Source: Chara braunii
Lineage: Eukaryota > Plantae > Charophyceae
Reading direction: 5' to 3'
NCBI GenBank assembly: GCA_003427395.1
Contig: BFEA01000007.1
Coordinates: 897,080 to 952,480, forward strand
Length of the DNA stretch: 55,401 nt
Of this stretch, positions 13,135-24,841 are shown piece by piece. Position numbers and translations under genes: made by a program. The notes beneath the pieces are model-generated. The model had not been told where the DNA came from. It ran no database searches and saw only the letters and a program-made list of their open reading frames with translations. Every line of letters starts with the position of its first letter. The stretch's first letter is position 1.

Positions 13135-13234
13135 CTGCCTGGACGCTGGCTTGACGCTAGCTGGACGCTGGCTTGACGCGCTCCAGCCAGCGTCAAGCCA
13201 GCGTCCAGCTAGAGTCAAGCCAGCGTCCAGGCAG
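13135..13234. repeat. Palindrome with 45-bp arms built from 11-bp units (possible MITE core)
   Basis: CTGCCTGGACGCTGGCTTGACGCTAGCTGGACGCTGGCTTGACGC and its reverse complement, with one mismatch and a 10-nt spacer. Confidence 0.8.
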
Positions 13235-13780
13235 CATAGCAAGACTGGATGTTGACTCCCTGGAGACCGGGCCTTATGTAATGTTTGACGAGGCTGACCG
13301 GCCTCAGGTCTCCCACCCACGGTGGCTCAGATTGACTCATAGCTGAGGGCCTGGATTGCGTACAGTTGCAGACTTCCACTTGGTCCTGATGCTGTCTTGG
13401 TACCTGCATACAACCAAGTGTGTGTGTCTGACCGGCGGCCTGGGCTGGGTACATGCAGACTTTGACTTTTGGGCCGCTGGGCAGTTGACCGTGGTCAACT
13501 GTCAGGCGCACAGGCCCTGAGCCTATTTGGTTTTCCTCCCCCTTCGCGTTGCGGTCTCAGACTGGGGTTGCGGCCTGTGTGTGGCCCTGAGGCCACCTCA
13601 GGGCATATTGAGCGGGGTATTTCATTTTGTTTAAAAAGGTGACAGGCCTTCAAATATCATCAGTGAACTGTAAACTCAGGTCTGCACTTCAACAGTTCAG
13701 GACCAGCTGAGCTAGGGGCCAATTGGTATTTCGATCATTTATGATTGGCCATCTGGTGTAAATGCTAAAAGAAGGTATCC

Positions 13781-16700
13781 CTTTTTTCTTTTTTTTTTTC
13801 CTTTTTGAAAACACTCCCATCAGTGCTAGTGGTGCTGGTAGGAGTAGACACCACTAGCACCTTGGGTGAGGCTCCATCTATTGGTGGGGAGCGTCACCTG
13901 CTGGAAAACGGGTCCAGCGTCCCTTTTACAGAATGATTCAGGAAAATTCAGGAGCATCAGGAATAAATCAGTATCTGGGGGAAAACCCTACCACCCTAAC
14001 TATTCTTCCTCCAAGACAAAATTCCCACCTTTGTCAGCTCCCGCACCTCTTCACCATTCCTTGTGGTGCCAAATCTCACCTGCCAAACTAGTGCTGAGCT
14101 TCCTGTGTCATGGGTGTGGGCTTTGTGAGTGGGGATGAAATCTTAAACCTAGCCCCCTGCCTAAGCCCTCCTTTTACTCTCTTGTGATTATCCATCCATT
14201 CCATACCACTGCATTTCCACTAGACAATTTGATTTGGGGGGAAAGAAGTCCGGGAATTCATCAGGAGGTTTCAATGGGATTGCTGCATCCACTTTGGTCC
14301 ATTCGTGGAACATCAACCGGTAATCTCTTACTATCTCCGTTCTTCCTTGGCCCTCCCCTGATTCCTTGTGTTCTCCATTCCATTCCACCATTCCTATCCT
14401 CCCTCCATTTGCCCCCCCAAGCCAGTTTGAGCTGAATTCCTGAATTTTATGTTTGATGTCCTTCAGCCTGCCTAGGAGTCGGATCTGTGCTTTGACTCCA
14501 TCCCATTTTGCAGTTATTTCTATTTGGATCTGTTGTTGTACACTTTCCGTTCTAACCTCGCCCCCTCCATCTCAAAGGTGCAGTGTCTTCTCGAGAGTGC
14601 CCGGAGCACTGCCCTTCGTCCCAACCTGAACATGTTGCCGGTGAATTCATCAAGCTGGTCTATCTGGCCTTGGGCCAGGCTTCGCACAACAAAGCTCTCC
14701 AGTCCCAGGGCCACTGGGCCTTTGTTCCTAGTTGCTCCCACACTCTGTCCCACCATCTCCACAGCCAGAGTGCACTTGGGCATTGGAGGAATATGTGTTC
14801 TATTGTTTCAGGTCGTTTCCTGGATGGGAATGTGTTTGTGCACAGCTTGCACCATGGGAGAGCACGCCCTCTCTGCTCCAGGGATGTTCTATCTATCAAC
14901 CAGTTATTTGTTGGTAGGCAGCGATGCTCAAGCTGCTATTGGAGTAAGTTTAGTTTGGCCGGTTTTGCCTTGGTCATCCTGAACCATCTGATTGGTCTAA
15001 GTTTCTCTTTGCTGATATTCAGGTGGTTTCTCCAACGCTCCTCCGCCTGGTCTCGAAGACTGGTTTTTTATCTTAGGAGCCTAAAGGTTGATTCGATTGT
15101 TAGGCCATATAGTGATTTGGTGGATTGCTTGCCTTTCCCCTTTTGGGTCGACCATGACCATTCCAACAGATCCAAGGCTAAGTGGTGGATGGGGTTACTA
15201 TGGAAGTAGGATATCCATTGCTCTTTTTCATGGAGCACTCTAATTCTATAGACCAAAATCCAAACAATCCTATTTTATTGAAAGAAACTGTCCAATATAA
15301 CTCCTCTTTTTGGCATATTATCGTTTCTTCTGGAGTGCTTCTTTGGATAACATTGTCCTGCCATACTTGGAAGAGGTTGACTACTACTGTTCCTTCCGGG
15401 TTGCAACATACTACATTGCCCACATCTCCTTGCCGATCCCAAAATGCCACCCAGTCCGACTCTTGCAGGGTAGGGCTTTTGTGATGTATTCTGCACCATG
15501 CTAGGAGGATCTTCTCTATTATCGCCTCCAAAGCTTCGTATGGTCGGTGGCAGTACCGCAGTCTCTCCCTTAACTGGCCGGGTCCATTCCAATTTTTCTT
15601 GTCTGTGTCCCATATGTCCTTTATCTTTGTTATCCCTCAGTTGACCCAGCATTGCCAGGGGGAGTCTGTACAATGGAGCATCTGGCCCGGCGAGTCCACC
15701 ACCCATCTGTTACCAAAGAGGGGTTGACGTGTCACTTCCTCCCATCTTTCAGGCGATGTTTTGTCTGGTATGGGGAGGTTTCTCCATGTTTTGAGGAGGG
15801 TGGGCCAGAAGGGATCATTTCGTAGGTCAGCCCAGACTGCTTGTCTGGGGGGGTCGGGGCGGGGGTCCCTTTGCTGCGATCTTAATCTTGGGATGGACCA
15901 TCCCCTGTTTTCCACCCATATTAGCGGGTCAGTCCCGGCCGGTGTTTGTGGTGCTAACCTGGAGATTTGCTCCAGGGCTAACCCTCTCCAGGGGGATTCA
16001 GGATTAAACAGCAGACGCTTAAGCCACTGTATTGCCAACGCTTTAGTTTCTGTTAAGGGGTCAATGATGCCCAGTCCTCCTTTTGTTCTGGGCTGGATTA
16101 TAGAATGCCATGCCACTCGGCTGATCACATTTTGTTTCTCATGGTCTCCCCGCCACAAAAAAACAGTTATCTGGCGTTGCAGGGGATGCAGGGCGTTTTT
16201 GTCCAATGACCAGATAACTGATTTGTACCACATCGAGGCCCAAACCACATTGTTGATAATCAGGGAGCGTCCAAACAGTGAGGTGTGCTTGTCTTTCCAG
16301 AGTGCCATTTTTGGCAGGGCAGGCCTAGAGATCCATTCATTGTTTGTTGGTTGTCTGCCTTCTACCGTCATGGAGATTCCTAGCACTCTAATGGGGGGTT
16401 CCTTGGGGAGCTATTTGAGTCTAGGTTGTTTCTTTAGAAGCGATCCATCATGCGTTGAACTTCTTCCATTGATTCTCTTGATGCATCCACCATCAGTGTC
16501 AGGTCGCCTGCAAGTAAGGAGCACACTGGAATTGCCTCCTTGGGTATTGCTATATACTTGAATTCTTTTGATGTCTTTGTGGGCCCTCAGGTTGGTTGTC
16601 AGTGCCTCCATGACTATGACGAAGAGGTAGGGGGCTATAGGGTCCCCCTGTCTGACTGACCTCTGGAGAGTGATAGGAGGGGCCAGATTGTCGTTCACCA

Positions 16701-18066
16701 CGACCCTGGTTGTTGCGTTAACGTGGAGGATTTATCTCCAGCGTCTGAAGCATATCCCAAAATTGAGTTTTTCCAGACACTTATCTAGGAAGAACCAATC
16801 TACGTGGTTGTATGCCTTCTCGAAGTCGATGAAGATGATCGCAACGTTATTTTTTGACTGTCTTGTCAACTTGATCATCTCATTGACTGGGAGAATGTTA
16901 TCTTGGATGTTCCTACCCTGGATGAATCCAGTTTGGTCTGGGTGAATGATATCTATCATCATGGGTGTCATACGGTTGGCCAGTGCTTTCGCCATCATCT
17001 TATAGACCACTGTGAGCAGGGTGATATGCCTATAGTTTCTGATATTGGTGCTTTCCCCTTTCTTATAGAGGAGCGTCAACACTCCTTGCTCCACTAATTC
17101 TCCTGTCTGTCCTGTGTTCCAAACCGAATGGTAGTACTCCATGAGATCTTGTGAGATACTAGCCCACATAGCTTCCTCGAATTCCTTGGGAAGCCCATCT
17201 ATGCTCGAAGTTTTTTCCTTTTCCATTTGCATCAATGTCGTCCAAATCTCCTCCTTCGATAAGGCCATATCTAAAGTTTATCTTTGTTGTTCTGAGAAGG
17301 TTTTGTTAAGTGGGCGCAAGAAATCATCTATTTCCTCCGTTCGTTGTGCTCTATTTTGGTTCCCACATTATGAAGTAAACAGTGTCTGGTAAAAATCTCT
17401 TGTTATTTTTGTGCAGGTAGCTGTAGATGTAAATAGGGGCCCTTGGTTACATTTGGGGTCCTCCAGGGCTTCAATTGTCAACCTCCCTGCCTTAGCCTTG
17501 GCCATTGCAAAGAACCTCGCGTCCATTGCTCCTTCCATATTGTGTTTGGAAAGTTTGTCCCGGATCCTAGCGCCCTGCCATCTGTTTTCCATGCAGCTCA
17601 CGAGGTGGCCTTCTAAAGTCGGGATGGTCCTTGCTATCTCGGCTTGGTGTTCAAGGTCGTCTGTTTCATCGTCCTGCTGTTGCAGTTGTTGTAGTTGATG
17701 TTGCAGGTTTACCTCGTCGGTGTGACATCTCGTCGTGAGCAGTCTTGAGTATTCATTGCACTTACGGCCTAAAAACGCAAGGCCGTTGTTGAACCATAGT
17801 ATATTATCTCTGACTTGGTTCCTTTGTTCTTTCCAGAAGGACCACACTTCCTTAAGATAGGCTTTGGTCAATGGTTAGGAGGTATGTGTTGAGTTTATAG
17901 AATCCCCTACCTTGGTCTGTTTTTCCCTGAATGAGAAGATGGCGAGGCACATCGAATGATCCAGGCTCGGGTAGGGGTTGCGGGGGAATATCCCTGTTAT
18001 TTGAAGGGCCCCTTGTAATTCTTCTGGTATTAGTATTAGGTCTATGTATCCAAGTGGAACTGCCAC
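13781..18066 (-). mobile_element. 5'-truncated, decayed L1/Tx1-clade LINE (ORF2 with endonuclease C-terminus, RT and Zn finger; 3' UTR; A tail)
   Basis: IDLILIP...DH (APE C-terminus); NYRHITLLTVVYK, QTGFIQGRNIQDNI, IDFEKAYNHVDW, RQGDPIAPYLF; GGLGIID; C..C...ETIEHIFLQC. A-rich tail (T run 13782-13806). Confidence 0.92.
13871..13923 (-). other. Conserved 3'-terminal tandem-pseudoknot RNA module (copy in minus-strand LINE)
   Basis: GGG AC GCTGGA CCC GTTT TCCAGC A GGTG AC GCTCC C CACC AATAGAT GGAGC, followed by an 11-bp stem (GTGCTAGTGGT/ACCACTAGCAC) and the A tail. The sequence is seen; the fold is inferred. Confidence 0.75.
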
Positions 18067-20848
18067 CTATTTTTTGTTGCTGGCCTCCAAACCTGGGCCA
18101 GTACCCCAGCTGAACCTGGGCTTCTTCGGACCCAAGGGGCTCCGGGGGAAGACGGGTAGTCTGGTTGCTGTTTGCACCCTGATGTTTCTATGCAGCTGAA
18201 AGTGGAAAGGCCAGGGAGCTGTTTTCAATTTGCTCCCCCGAGAACTGCACCAGCCCTGCTTTCCAAGCACGGTTGGGCCCTGTTGGTATTCACCGGGGCG
18301 TTTTCTTGGTCACCCAGCCAGACTGGTGGTTCAAGGTCCCTCTCTGAATACTGTGGAGAGGGTAGTAGCCCCTAACATGATTTCAACCATTATAATTGGA
18401 ACTCTTGACCTGTTTGGTCAATGGTCAGGTGTGTACCATACAACCACAGACAGGTACAACTTTCCATAACCCTCTGGCGGACAAAAACCAGATGCCAAAA
18501 GCCGAGACATTTCGGTGGATTAAACTGATGCAATGCCTACTCCTGAAACTTCTCACTTATGGCGGCGCTACCGATGAGCTCAAGACAAGCAATTCTTTAC
18601 TAGTAGCAGTATCAGTACTTGCTTGAACAGAACTACCCATTCACGAACTCAGGACCGGGTTTTTCTTGGCCTTTTCAGAGTGAGTTGCCCCATATCTTTG
18701 CAACAAAGATCGGAAATTAGAATTAATCATCACTCAACTCCAATCAATCCACCCCAGGCCGACATCGATCAGTTAGCTTTCTTGTCTACGATTTTCAGAT
18801 CATATTCTGGTACCTTTCTTCGCCGATACATTAATACGGCCTGGCCACCCTTGATTCGTTGAATCAACCGCCTCCAGCGGCCTAACATCTGCAGGGCGGG
18901 TCTGACATGAACGTTCAATCAGAGGAGGAACATCGCATTCTGACTAACATCGACAACTTTGTACCTAGGAGCAGTTGCATGTGCAGAATTTGAGGCCTCC
19001 CTAAAACCAATCGCAGTCCATAATATCCACTGACTGGGGTCAAGAGCTTGAAGGGGTCATGAGGGACGACGAGGTCCTAGTGATGAAGTATCAATTAAAC
19101 AAGAACAAAAAGGAAGGATGGGAAGAGGAGGCGTATCGAGATATGGCACACAGGCAAGCTCGACGAGAACACGTGGCCCGGATGGTTGGAGGGGATAAGT
19201 ACATTGAATATGTATTTTATTTTTATGGTTTTAATGGAAAATTGCATAGCATTGGTTCGCTCTTTGAGATGGTAGGGCAAGGCTAGGCTTGGGTAAATAC
19301 AAAAAGGCGCCCAGACTTTTCTCTTGGGGTTCCCACTAGCACCTCAGTTGACGAAGGCACTTCAGCAATCTGCAATCCTCTCAAGCAGTCAGTATTCAGT
19401 GATCGTTATTTCCCGCAACTCTCAACCATTTGAATTACCAGAAATTTCAATTAGACTTCAGCCAACAATCGACCACAGTCTCTTCCCTCAGAGATCAGTT
19501 ATCAACCAGGTGACACTTCCTCCCAAAGGCACGGGGCAAGTTCCAACAACCAGCATTAGTACATGAGTGTGGTTCAACCATTCCCCGTCAGTGAGTCGGT
19601 TTTGGCCACAGTCTTAATAAGATAGCTCTCAAAGATGCCTTTCGGTACTAGTATGTCAGTGCTATTGGTTTCAAAGAAGGGGGTCTGTCAATCTTTGTGG
19701 TTCACACCAGGTTTGCAGGAGGCACCATCCATGACTTGAGGGTCTACTTGAAGAGAGGCAAAGAGACTCATGAACATTTCGACTATGTCTGGATCTAGGC
19801 TGCCAGGTACCTTGAGGAGAGAGAAAGAGAGCTTGATGAGAGTGGGACAAAGCTGATCCGTAGCTTCGGACCCAAGCTCTACACCGACTACCCCAAACCT
19901 CCGGTACCATTCACTCTTACTGGCGGTTCTTACTGGGGTGACCTGGTAGATCTGGCCAAGAGGTACATTTCACCTGCAGTGATCGACTATGAGGCAGTGA
20001 CTGAACCATCAGAGTTTCGGTATCTCAGACGAGGGATTTTCTCTCATCCATATCTTCCTACTCTATGGGAGGAGTTTTGTGCTATGGTTGACTTTCGTAT
20101 CATGAGACTCAGATGGAAATGCTCGGAGCTTGTGGGTTTCACGTGGCTCTACATCCAGAGGCCACAACCTCAGGTAGTACGGAAACATGGCTCAAAGCAC
20201 AAGAAACGCTCGATAAAATGAGAGATTGAGTGTGTGATTCAGAGGGATGAGTGAGGACTCTTGACTAGTGCTGGCCATGCTCTCTTCATGTGTACTCTCT
20301 GAGATTATTACGAGTTTTCATTCTTTCCTCACTTATCTTGCAATCGTTCGAGTCAGTCAATCTTGCTTCTTTTGCATTGCCTCTGCTTGATGATTGCGTT
20401 CTCTGATGATCCTGTCATAGTTCTCAAAATTAAAAAATTGGCAAAATTGGTGCATGCATGACATGTGAGATTTTTTATGATTCTTGTTGTTCCGAATCAA
20501 AATAAAAGATTCCTAAGACCACGGACCGCCGAAGACCGCAATTGAAGGGTCTCGCTCAAAGCCGGATGCACACAACAGGAAGGGATTTGCACTATTTAAT
20601 TTATTTTATCTATTGCAAAACAACATTCAAATCCTACGTGACAGCCTATTGGCTTTCCGGTCGCCTGAAGTGGCCCGACTGGGAAAAGTGCGACAACGCG
20701 CGCGTGTAGTAGTGTATATTTCGATGTTGTAGCGGAAGAATCATTCGATTTTGCTCATCCTATCGATGGAAGGAGAGCGAGGCCAGTCACGGGGTTGGAG
20801 ACTTACCTGTTGGCCGGTGCGTTGCTCATCCTATTGATGGAAACACAC

Positions 20849-20886
20849 CTGTCTCTTATACACATCTAGATGTGTATAAGAGACAG
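20849..20886. other. Nextera mate-pair junction adapter (inverted Tn5 mosaic ends); assembly artefact
   Basis: Exact CTGTCTCTTATACACATCT + AGATGTGTATAAGAGACAG. Confidence 0.98.
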
Positions 20887-20939
<53 letters not shown>

Positions 20940-21270
20940 TTTGTGTGTGTGTCTCTCTCTCACTCGCGCTCGCGTCCTCTCTTTCACACCGCTTAACAAC
21001 AACCCCCGTTCCTCCTTTCGCTCCTCCTCCCGCTCCTTCCCAAGTTTTAGTGTGAGGACGACCTTGGTGTTACACCCCAACTCATCCTTCTTCCCTACAT
21101 CCACCTGCTCCTCCTCTTCTCCCTCCTCCTCACCTCTTCCGCCTCCTCCTTCTCCTCCTCCGCTTCCTCACCTTCTCTTCCTTATCATCGTCCCCCTCCT
21201 CCTCCCGCTCCCAGTCTTTGTCAAGCTTCCGCTCCTCCTCCCGTCCCTGCTCCTCCTCCCGCTCCCGCTC
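20887..21270. repeat. (CT)n(GT)n microsatellite and CCT-rich low-complexity sequence
   Basis: Directly visible. Confidence 0.9.
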
Positions 21271-21648
21271 GCGCGGAGGTCGATTTGCATAGGGCTGGCA
21301 CGGGCCGAGAAATTGCTCCTGCGATTTTCCCTACCGGTAGGCCCAAGAGCAAGTTTCCCTCCGGGGGCACAGGGAACACCGCGCAGAGCCCGATTCGCAT
21401 AGGGCTGGCGGGGGACGACAAATTGCTCCAGCGATCTCCCTAGGCCCGACAGCGAGTTTCCCTCTAGTCAATTTCCCTGGCCCGACGTCCCTTCCTTGTA
21501 TTTTCATGCACCCGTCACTTGTTTTTTTGGCCTGTCCCTCCGTGACACACCCGACGACGGGCCCCTGCCACGATTTCTCGTGGGCCCACGGCGGCCTCTG
21601 TCGATGAGACCACTGTATCCTTTAAAGGGTTTAGGGATGATCTTTTGA

Positions 21649-21713
21649 TTTATTTTTTTTATTTTTTTTTGGACCATTCCTCGATTTATGCGTGTCATCC
21701 TTGCGCAGGGGCC

Positions 21714-21745
<32 letters not shown>

Positions 21746-21763
21746 AAGGATGTCCCGAAGGAC
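21649..21763 (-). pseudogene. U6: Near-intact U6 snRNA processed pseudogene with A tail and TSD
   Basis: GTCCTTCGGGACATCC...GGAACGATACAGAGAAGATTAGCATGGCCCCTGCGCAAGGATGACACGCATAAATCGAGGAATGGTCC followed by an A-rich tail instead of a T-run terminator. Flanked by GATCTTTTGA at 21639-21648 and 21764-21773. Confidence 0.93.
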
Positions 21764-22498
21764 GATCTTTTGAATTCTTTTCTGTTTCTTTTTTTTTCTT
21801 CTTTTTTTTGAAAAAAAATCATGACAGGCCCTGCTTTGAGACCGACCATGCCCGACACTTTCACACCATGCGTACTTAGGCTGCTAGGCAAGATGACACA
21901 CGCACACTGAAAACGCAACTTGAAACAAGATGCAACTTGAAGATAGCATCCACCAAATCAACTCAATTAAAACAGAGAATTGTCTTTGTACAAGAGGCGC
22001 GGCTATTGGCCCCAGGAAGCTTCCTCAGGTATGGTCGCTCTCTCCTTCATCCTCACTTCTCTCTGCCTGTCCAAGGCCTCATCTCCCTGAATGCCTTCAC
22101 TCTCTCTCTCTCTCTCTCCCTCTTTTTCCCGTGCTCAATCTAGCCATGGCACCCAGTGCCACCGTCTACTACCAACAACCAACAAAGGAGCAGTTAACTT
22201 CGCAGTATCGCAAAATAGTCCAGCAGCAGCTCCGCATGGACTCGCAAGTGAACATGTGTTAACAACTTCCTCGACTGAACTTTTCCGCCTGACGATTCAT
22301 GTTCTCGATCCCCAGACCGGTTATAAGTCCGGTACCCTGCCAATGTTTGTGACTTCCAGACGTTTCCTGACTGGGACTTGAAGATAGTAGTATCCGCCAA
22401 ATCAACTCAATTACACAATGGCCCCCATGAAGCCTCGTCAGGTATGGTCACTCTCTCCTTCAACCTTACTTCTCTCTCCCTGTCCAAGGCCTCATCTC

Positions 22499-23840
22499 TG
22501 ATACATGCCCAGTTGGGCAATGTATGTACAGCCAAGGATCCGCAATTGTGATAAAAAGGACTGAATGGACAATGCAGTGGCAGTGGAATCTCAACAAGCA
22601 GTGTTCATCCTGATACATACAAAATGGCACTTTGTAGCGCAGTGGAAGACTCGGATATAAGTCCTGACTTGACCGGGACTGACACGACATCTCATTATAC
22701 ATCACCCATGCGAGAGGAGGAGGAGATACAATGTGTTGCATACCGTAATGGTGCAAACCAGAACAAGGACCGACCTCCCTCACATAGTACAAGACAGCGC
22801 AGCGGAATGCTAGGATACCAATGATCAACCCAATCAATGTCGCAATGCAGACCCAACATACATCATCATCATTGCAAGGTGTGAAGGGCCTGGCGCTACA
22901 CACAGGAAGAATGCGCCAGGTCCGGACCATACACAGACGAAGAGGAGGGGATCAGACGAAGAAGCAGGGAAAGATGGGAATGTCGTCAACACCAAGTTTT
23001 CAGTACAGTCCCAAATAATCCCTCATTCAATGTCTCAATCCCAATGTCGAGTCTGAATCCAAATGTCGTCAAGTCCCAAAGTCACCAATCTCTCTCCCTC
23101 TCGTAGTCTGCAGATACTGAGAAGTCAGGTAGCAAGAGGGTGAGGGAGAAGAACTCTCTCTCTCTCTCTCTCTCAGTCCGGTACTAACCTGTGAAGGTGG
23201 CGCCTTGTTGCAGGTACATCGAAGACGAAGCTGGAGCTATGGCACCACGGGTAAGTCTCCCTGGCCTCCGCCAACCATCTCTCTCTCTCCAACGCTACTC
23301 TAGCTCCTACTAGCGCCCAGCGCTGAAGACTACTCCTAACACTATTACTACTGCAGCGCTTCTCCAGAGTGCTGCTGCCGAATCCTGACGACTGCCTCCT
23401 GCCTCCTGCACGTGAAGTGCCTGGGAAGTCCCTATGAACTACCTGTAGCCTGCAGGGCGGGCCAGTCTTATATAGTGCTGGTCCATCCAGGAGGTTGCTC
23501 TTGCCAATGCCAAAACGTGCCAGACCCTGGCGTTGAAGTTCAACAAAGGTTGTCTTGAAAACAGGCCCAAAATGGCCTGTGCTAAAACCTGGTCTGGTGC
23601 CTAAGTTTCAGGGCAGGTCGATCTTATGAGGGCCTGAAAATGGCCCTCTGTTTCAGGCTGAAAAGACTCAGGGCCTGGAGGGCCCTTTTTTTGGCTGAAA
23701 CGACACAGGGCCTGTAGGCCCTTGTTTTCAGGCTTTCAGGTTGAAACGACACAGGGCCTGTAGGCCCTTGTTTTCAGGCTTTCAGGCTGAACGACACAGG
23801 GCCTGAAAATGGCCCTCGTTTGCAGGCGGAGCATGTAACA
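22499..23840 (-). mobile_element. Solo LTR, 1342 bp, with a 4-bp TSD (TCTC)
   Basis: Ends TGATACATG...CATGTAACA. TCTC at 22495-22498 and 23841-23844. The paralogous empty site GGCCTCATCTCCCTGAAT is at ~22075. TATA on the minus strand at ~23470. Internal ~45-bp tandem repeats at 23620-23820. Confidence 0.85.
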
Positions 23841-24113
23841 TCTCCCTGAATACCTTCACTCTCTCTCTCCCCCTCTCTCTATTCCTCACGCTGAACCTAA
23901 CTATGGTGCCCAGTGCTGTCGACTACAGTGACTTCTACAGACTCTTCCTATCACAGCCTCCTATTGCTAACCGGCCTGGAAATTCATGAATATGGTTGGT
24001 ACGTGCGACCGGGCTGACAATGGAACTGGGAATTGGGACTGGAAGTGGGACTGGGACCGGGGCTGCAGTAGTTGAACCGTTCAGATTTATGATTGAAGAT
24101 CTTATTTAGCAAC

Positions 24114-24180
24114 GGGCCTAGCTCAGGTGGAACACCCAATGAACTGCTGAAATACAGACCAAAGTTCGAGTCCAGATGCC
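24114..24180 (+). mobile_element. tRNA-derived (SINE-like) head, degenerate
   Basis: A box TAGCTCAGGTGG (24119-24130) and B box GTTCGAGTCC (24164-24173). Related copies at 13658-13720 (-) and 53546-53602 (+). Confidence 0.45.
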
Positions 24181-24841
24181 ATCAGATGAACATAATAAAG
24201 TTGTTCTGAATTACCTGGGGCCGGCCAGTTCAGTGACAATATCTCAAGTCCGTCACTCCTTTTTTTTCTTTTTGCAATCTTATTCAGCAGATTTTAGTTG
24301 CTTTAGCAAATTAGCACTGATATACTTTCTACTCAGTTGCTTGTCAGTGAAATGGAAGAGGGGAAGTGCTAATCAAGATGATGCTGTACATCTTGATGGG
24401 TGCTGCAACCGTATCTGGCTGGAATCCTGATGTAATGCGGCTGTGATGTTGATGTTGTCCACTACGTTCTTTGATTGATACTTGTCTGTGTTATGCTTCG
24501 ACAATCGATGGATAACCTCGTAAACATGACCAAAGAATAAGATACTGTCTCTGTTCACCTATCAACTGAGTTCTCAATAGGTAAGAGTCCCACCTAGGGG
24601 TCCCACCTCGTTGTGATAGGTGAGAGTCCCACATTAAATAACCTTGTGATGATTAGAATTTAAAACACAATCTGGATTTACCCATCCCAATTCATTGAAG
24701 TAAAGGAGCAGAGACTCAGGGATGATTTGCCCATGGCCACATCCCTCACCCTCAGACTCCTGATTTCTTTCACGATAACCGGGGACTACCTCACCCAGAA
24801 CTATGAAAAATGGATGAACTGGAGATCCTGACATGTACACA

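Noticed and set aside
15761-16561. 266-aa plus-strand ORF and similar antisense ORFs over LINE, Gypsy and transposase regions
   Set aside because: Shadow frames of TE coding sequence with no independent motifs.
20849-20886. Natural Tn5/IS50 insertion or horizontal transfer
   Set aside because: It is the synthetic mosaic-end pair in the exact mate-pair junction arrangement, with no transposase.
21649-21763. Functional U6 snRNA gene
   Set aside because: A tail and TSD are present, with no oligo-T terminator and no evident upstream Pol III promoter.
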